This document shows positions 60,757-64,000 of a stretch of DNA of 64,000 nucleotides, one piece after another. Every line of letters begins with the position of its first letter. The stretch's first letter is position 1. Location of the stretch: contig JBBIPN010000001.1 in assembly GCA_037442825.1 (NCBI GenBank), positions 2,325 through 66,324 on the forward strand, written 5' to 3'. The notes beneath the pieces are model-generated. The model was not told the DNA's origin and did no database searches. It saw only the letters and a program-made list of their open reading frames with translations. The stretch comes from Sulfurihydrogenibium sp. (GTDB lineage: Bacteria > Aquificota > Aquificia > Aquificales > Hydrogenothermaceae). A program made the translations under genes and the position numbers.

Positions 60757-63516
60757 TTACCTTACACATTTTGGTAATTTTTTTAATTTATTTTTAGCTA
60801 AATTTTTAAATTCTTCAATATCTGAATCCTTTAATGGTGATATCAAACAAGAAGCTTCTTTTAACTTCTTAAATTTTATAAGAATATCTGTAGCTTCTAA
60901 CCTTGCTTTTGCTGTAATCTCTTTTGCATCAGGATAAAGGTAAATAGTATTTAGGAAAAAGTTTAACGCTTTATTCAAATCTTTATCTTTATGTATTAAA
61001 CCCAGTATATAATAACTTTCAGCTGCATCTTGATAGTTTGATGATTTTTGCCCATTTAATAAATAATCAGTAGCACTACCAAACTCATTCATTAAAAAGT
61101 ATGATTTACCAATATAAAAACTTATATCATTTGATTTTTCTGGATATTTTTCTAAAAGATATTTGAGATTATTTATAGCATTTTGATAATCACCTTTTAA
61201 AATAAGTAATTTTGCAATTTTAAATTTTATGTCATCATTATCTTTTATAGTAGTATATATATTTATTGCATCATCATACTTATTTTCTTTCTCATAGACC
61301 TCTCCAAGAAGTAATTTTGCATTAATATCTTCCTGATTTTCGTTTAGAATATCAAGTAATAAAAATTTTGCTTTTTCTGTATCGTTGGTTTTATAGTAAA
61401 CTTCAGCTAATTTATACTTTGCAAAATAAGATTCCTTTGAGTTTGATTGTACAATTTCATTATATATGTTTATCGCATTTTCTATCTGACCTTTTTCTTG
61501 GTATAAAGAAGCAAGCTGAAGTTTTAAGTTATCAACTAACGGATAGTCTGGATACTTTTCTATAAAATGTTTTATAGTTTCTTCCTGATTTTCAAGTTGG
61601 TCTTTACTTTCAAGTAGTATAAGGTTATAAGCAGCATCTATCCCATCTTTTGTATTTGAATATCTTTTAATAAAATCTGCATAAATACTTCTCGATAACT
61701 CTTTTTCTCCTAAATTGTAATAACTGTCTGCTAATCTAAGAATAGCTTTTTTTGTATAACTATCATCTCTATCTTTATACTTATCAATAAAGTTTTTAAA
61801 AGCTTCTATAGCATTTTTATAATCTTCAGAAGAAAAGTATAAGTATGCATAGAGATAGTCTGCTTTTTCTGATAACTCATCAAAACCTGACGATATACTT
61901 TTCAAAATCTCTTGGGCTTTTTCTATACTACCTTCTTTTATCTGAATATAAGCAGACAAAAATTTACTTTTATTATCTCCAATTACTTGGACTAAATTTT
62001 TTGCTGTCTGAACATCACCAGCGTTAAAGGCTGATACAGCTTTCATATAGCTATCTCTAAAAGCTTTATATGCATTTTGATAATCTTCATCCATAAAAAA
62101 GTACCAACCTAAGAAATTATAAGCTTCTACTGAATCTATATCTTTAAGCTTATCAATGGTATCTATAAATTTCTCATCTTCTTTACTTAAAAAGTAAACT
62201 TCTGCTAAATAAATTAAAGCTAATTTTTTTATCTGTATATTTTCTGTATTTATAGCATTTTCTAAAAATTCTTTAGTTTTTGGAAAATCTTTCAAGTTAT
62301 AAGCAGATAAACCAGCGTAAAGGTATATATCAGGTTCCTTTGTTTCTTTAGTAAGGTCAGAGAAAAATTTTAAAGCATATTCATAGTTCCCTAAGTTGTA
62401 TAAAGATGTTGCTATAGCTTTTTTAAGGTATGTTTTGTTTGTATTGGACAAATTTATACCTTTTTGGAAAAATATAAAAGCATCTAAAAATCTACCTTTT
62501 TGAAAATAAGCATTCCCAAGTTTCAAATATAAATTGTAAGCTAAATATTCATCTCTTGTCTCTAAAATATAAGCATAATCTTTAATGTCCTTTTGTTGTA
62601 TTAAAGCTTTCCCATATAGAGATAGATTATATATATATCCATTTGATATATTTTGGATTAGTTTATCAAAAATTTCTACAGCTTCTGAGTAATCTTTTAA
62701 GAAAAATAAACTATAACCATCCATTAAATCACTTTGAATTTTTATCTCTTTTAAACTTTCATCAATTTTTATATCTAATGCTTTTTTATAGTTTGCAACT
62801 TTAAATAAAAAATATTTTTTCATATATTTACAATATTCAAAACTGCCAACATTAATACTATTACAATCAATTTGAGATAAATCTACTTTTTTAGCATCTA
62901 AGAAATCTAAAACAACGTTGTAAAACATAACATCTCCATCTTGAGTTAACTGAGATAAAATAGATTTTGATTTTTCAAAATTTCCAAGTATTATATTAAC
63001 AATTCCTGCAGAAAGACATATTTCTTTAATATTTACCATCTGACAGCTTTTATATAGAAGTGGCTCTGATTCTTCTATCTCTCCTAAATTGAATTTTGTA
63101 ACACCAAGTAAATAGTATACATAGTATAAATATTTATTATCTTTATACTTGTGTAAAAATGTTTCTAAATTTGATTTTGCAAAAAGGAAATCTCCTTTAT
63201 TAAAGTAATCTATAGCTTCAGATAAAAGAGCATTTGATGGTGGAATTCCTAAGTATGATGTAGGTTTTTCTATCGTGTACAAGGGAAGATTTACATACAT
63301 AGGTTTAAAAGGTTTTATATATCTATTTAAATCAACATCTCCATCAAAATATTTCAGTGCTATATAATTTGGAGCTTCTCTAAATGGTTTTTTTTCTAAA
63401 ATTTTTGATGTTATCTCTAAAGGAAAGTACACTTCTGGAAGATTAATTTTTCCATAGGAGTTTATAAATAAAAGGAAGAATGATAGAAAAACATACCTAA
63501 TTTTCATAACCTTCAC
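60757..63516 (-). CDS. Large exported tetratricopeptide-repeat protein
   Basis: Signal peptide; many TPR-like helical pairs (e.g. AILRLADSYYNLG). Confidence 0.85.
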   Translation of the reverse strand: MKVMKIRYVFLSFFLLFINSYGKINLPEVYFPLEITSKILEKKPFREAPNYIALKYFDGDVDLNRYIKPFKPMYVNLPLYTIEKPTSYLGIPPSNALLSEAIDYFNKGDFLFAKSNLETFLHKYKDNKYLYYVYYLLGVTKFNLGEIEESEPLLYKSCQMVNIKEICLSAGIVNIILGNFEKSKSILSQLTQDGDVMFYNVVLDFLDAKKVDLSQIDCNSINVGSFEYCKYMKKYFLFKVANYKKALDIKIDESLKEIKIQSDLMDGYSLFFLKDYSEAVEIFDKLIQNISNGYIYNLSLYGKALIQQKDIKDYAYILETRDEYLAYNLYLKLGNAYFQKGRFLDAFIFFQKGINLSNTNKTYLKKAIATSLYNLGNYEYALKFFSDLTKETKEPDIYLYAGLSAYNLKDFPKTKEFLENAINTENIQIKKLALIYLAEVYFLSKEDEKFIDTIDKLKDIDSVEAYNFLGWYFFMDEDYQNAYKAFRDSYMKAVSAFNAGDVQTAKNLVQVIGDNKSKFLSAYIQIKEGSIEKAQEILKSISSGFDELSEKADYLYAYLYFSSEDYKNAIEAFKNFIDKYKDRDDSYTKKAILRLADSYYNLGEKELSRSIYADFIKRYSNTKDGIDAAYNLILLESKDQLENQEETIKHFIEKYPDYPLVDNLKLQLASLYQEKGQIENAINIYNEIVQSNSKESYFAKYKLAEVYYKTNDTEKAKFLLLDILNENQEDINAKLLLGEVYEKENKYDDAINIYTTIKDNDDIKFKIAKLLILKGDYQNAINNLKYLLEKYPEKSNDISFYIGKSYFLMNEFGSATDYLLNGQKSSNYQDAAESYYILGLIHKDKDLNKALNFFLNTIYLYPDAKEITAKARLEATDILIKFKKLKEASCLISPLKDSDIEEFKNLAKNKLKKLPKCVR

Positions 63517-64000
63517 CTAAAATGTTTTTTGCTACCTCTATATCTAATTTTATCTGATTTTTTAAATCCTCTACACTTTTAAACTGTTTTTCTTCTCTAA
63601 TGTAATGTTTAAAAATAACTTTAATATAATCATTTACTGTTGGACTGATTTTATAATCTTCTATAATGTGAGCTTCCATAAATGTTTTTTTTCCATCAAC
63701 AGTAGGTCTGTTGCCGTAGTTAATAACAGCTTTTTGACATATTTCTCTAAAGCAGACATAACCTGCATATACACCTTTTTTTAAGCATACATCTTCTTCT
63801 GGTTTTAAATTTAATGTAGGAAAACCTATCTCTCTACCCTTTTTATCACCTTCTACAACTTTTTCTATCAAATAGTAATCTCTTCCAAGGAATTCTTTAA
63901 CTTTCCCAACATCCCCATTTTTCAAATATTTTCTAATTTCACTACTACTTACTCTTTTATCACCATCTTTTACATCTTCTATAGTAAAAACTTCATAATC
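63497..64000 (-). CDS. ribF: Riboflavin kinase / FAD synthetase (5' part outside the window)
   Basis: GREIGFPTLN, GVY, NYGNRPTV, EAHI and IREEKQF motifs; the frame stays open to the window edge. Confidence 0.95.
   Translation of the reverse strand, partial: DYEVFTIEDVKDGDKRVSSSEIRKYLKNGDVGKVKEFLGRDYYLIEKVVEGDKKGREIGFPTLNLKPEEDVCLKKGVYAGYVCFREICQKAVINYGNRPTVDGKKTFMEAHIIEDYKISPTVNDYIKVIFKHYIREEKQFKSVEDLKNQIKLDIEVAKNILGEGYEN

Noticed and set aside
61845-62027. 60-aa plus-strand track ORF
   Set aside because: Antisense to the TPR gene, with no supporting features
60757-63516. Large TPR protein as part of a novel system
   Set aside because: It sits among housekeeping genes (ribF, rimM, lptF/G) and has no distinctive motif beyond TPRs

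Overview
AT-rich bacterial window. The gene content (Sox without SoxCD, FccAB, thioredoxin-like 2Fe-2S ferredoxin, TTG/GTG starts) suggests a sulfur-oxidising member of the Aquificota, probably Hydrogenothermaceae or Sulfurihydrogenibium-like. This is inference, not a database result. Housekeeping genes flank two large accessory blocks. Block 1 (about 9-25.4 kb, minus strand) is a sulfur-oxidation island. It holds a periplasmic binding protein, a histidine kinase and a sigma54 activator, then fccA-fccB, a Tat Rieske protein with a second FccB, a sigma54-promoted soxX-W-Y-Z-A-B operon, and a partly decayed tail (DUF302, porin, DsrE-like, SoxH-like). Block 2 (38.3-51.4 kb, minus strand) is a complete Pel-type exopolysaccharide operon in which PelB is split into two genes. 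The best candidate for an undescribed system is the three-component sulfur sensor. It combines a Cys-lined PhnD-fold binding protein, a kinase with a 4-Cys insert inside its HAMP domain, and a sigma54 activator, and it has a matching -24/-12 promoter and tandem TGT-N10-ACA-type enhancers upstream of soxX. Also present are tandem csp genes with a switch-like 5' UTR, several pseudogenes and remnants of mobile or deleted genes. No rRNA, tRNA or CRISPR array was recognised. All family assignments come from motif recognition, not database searches.
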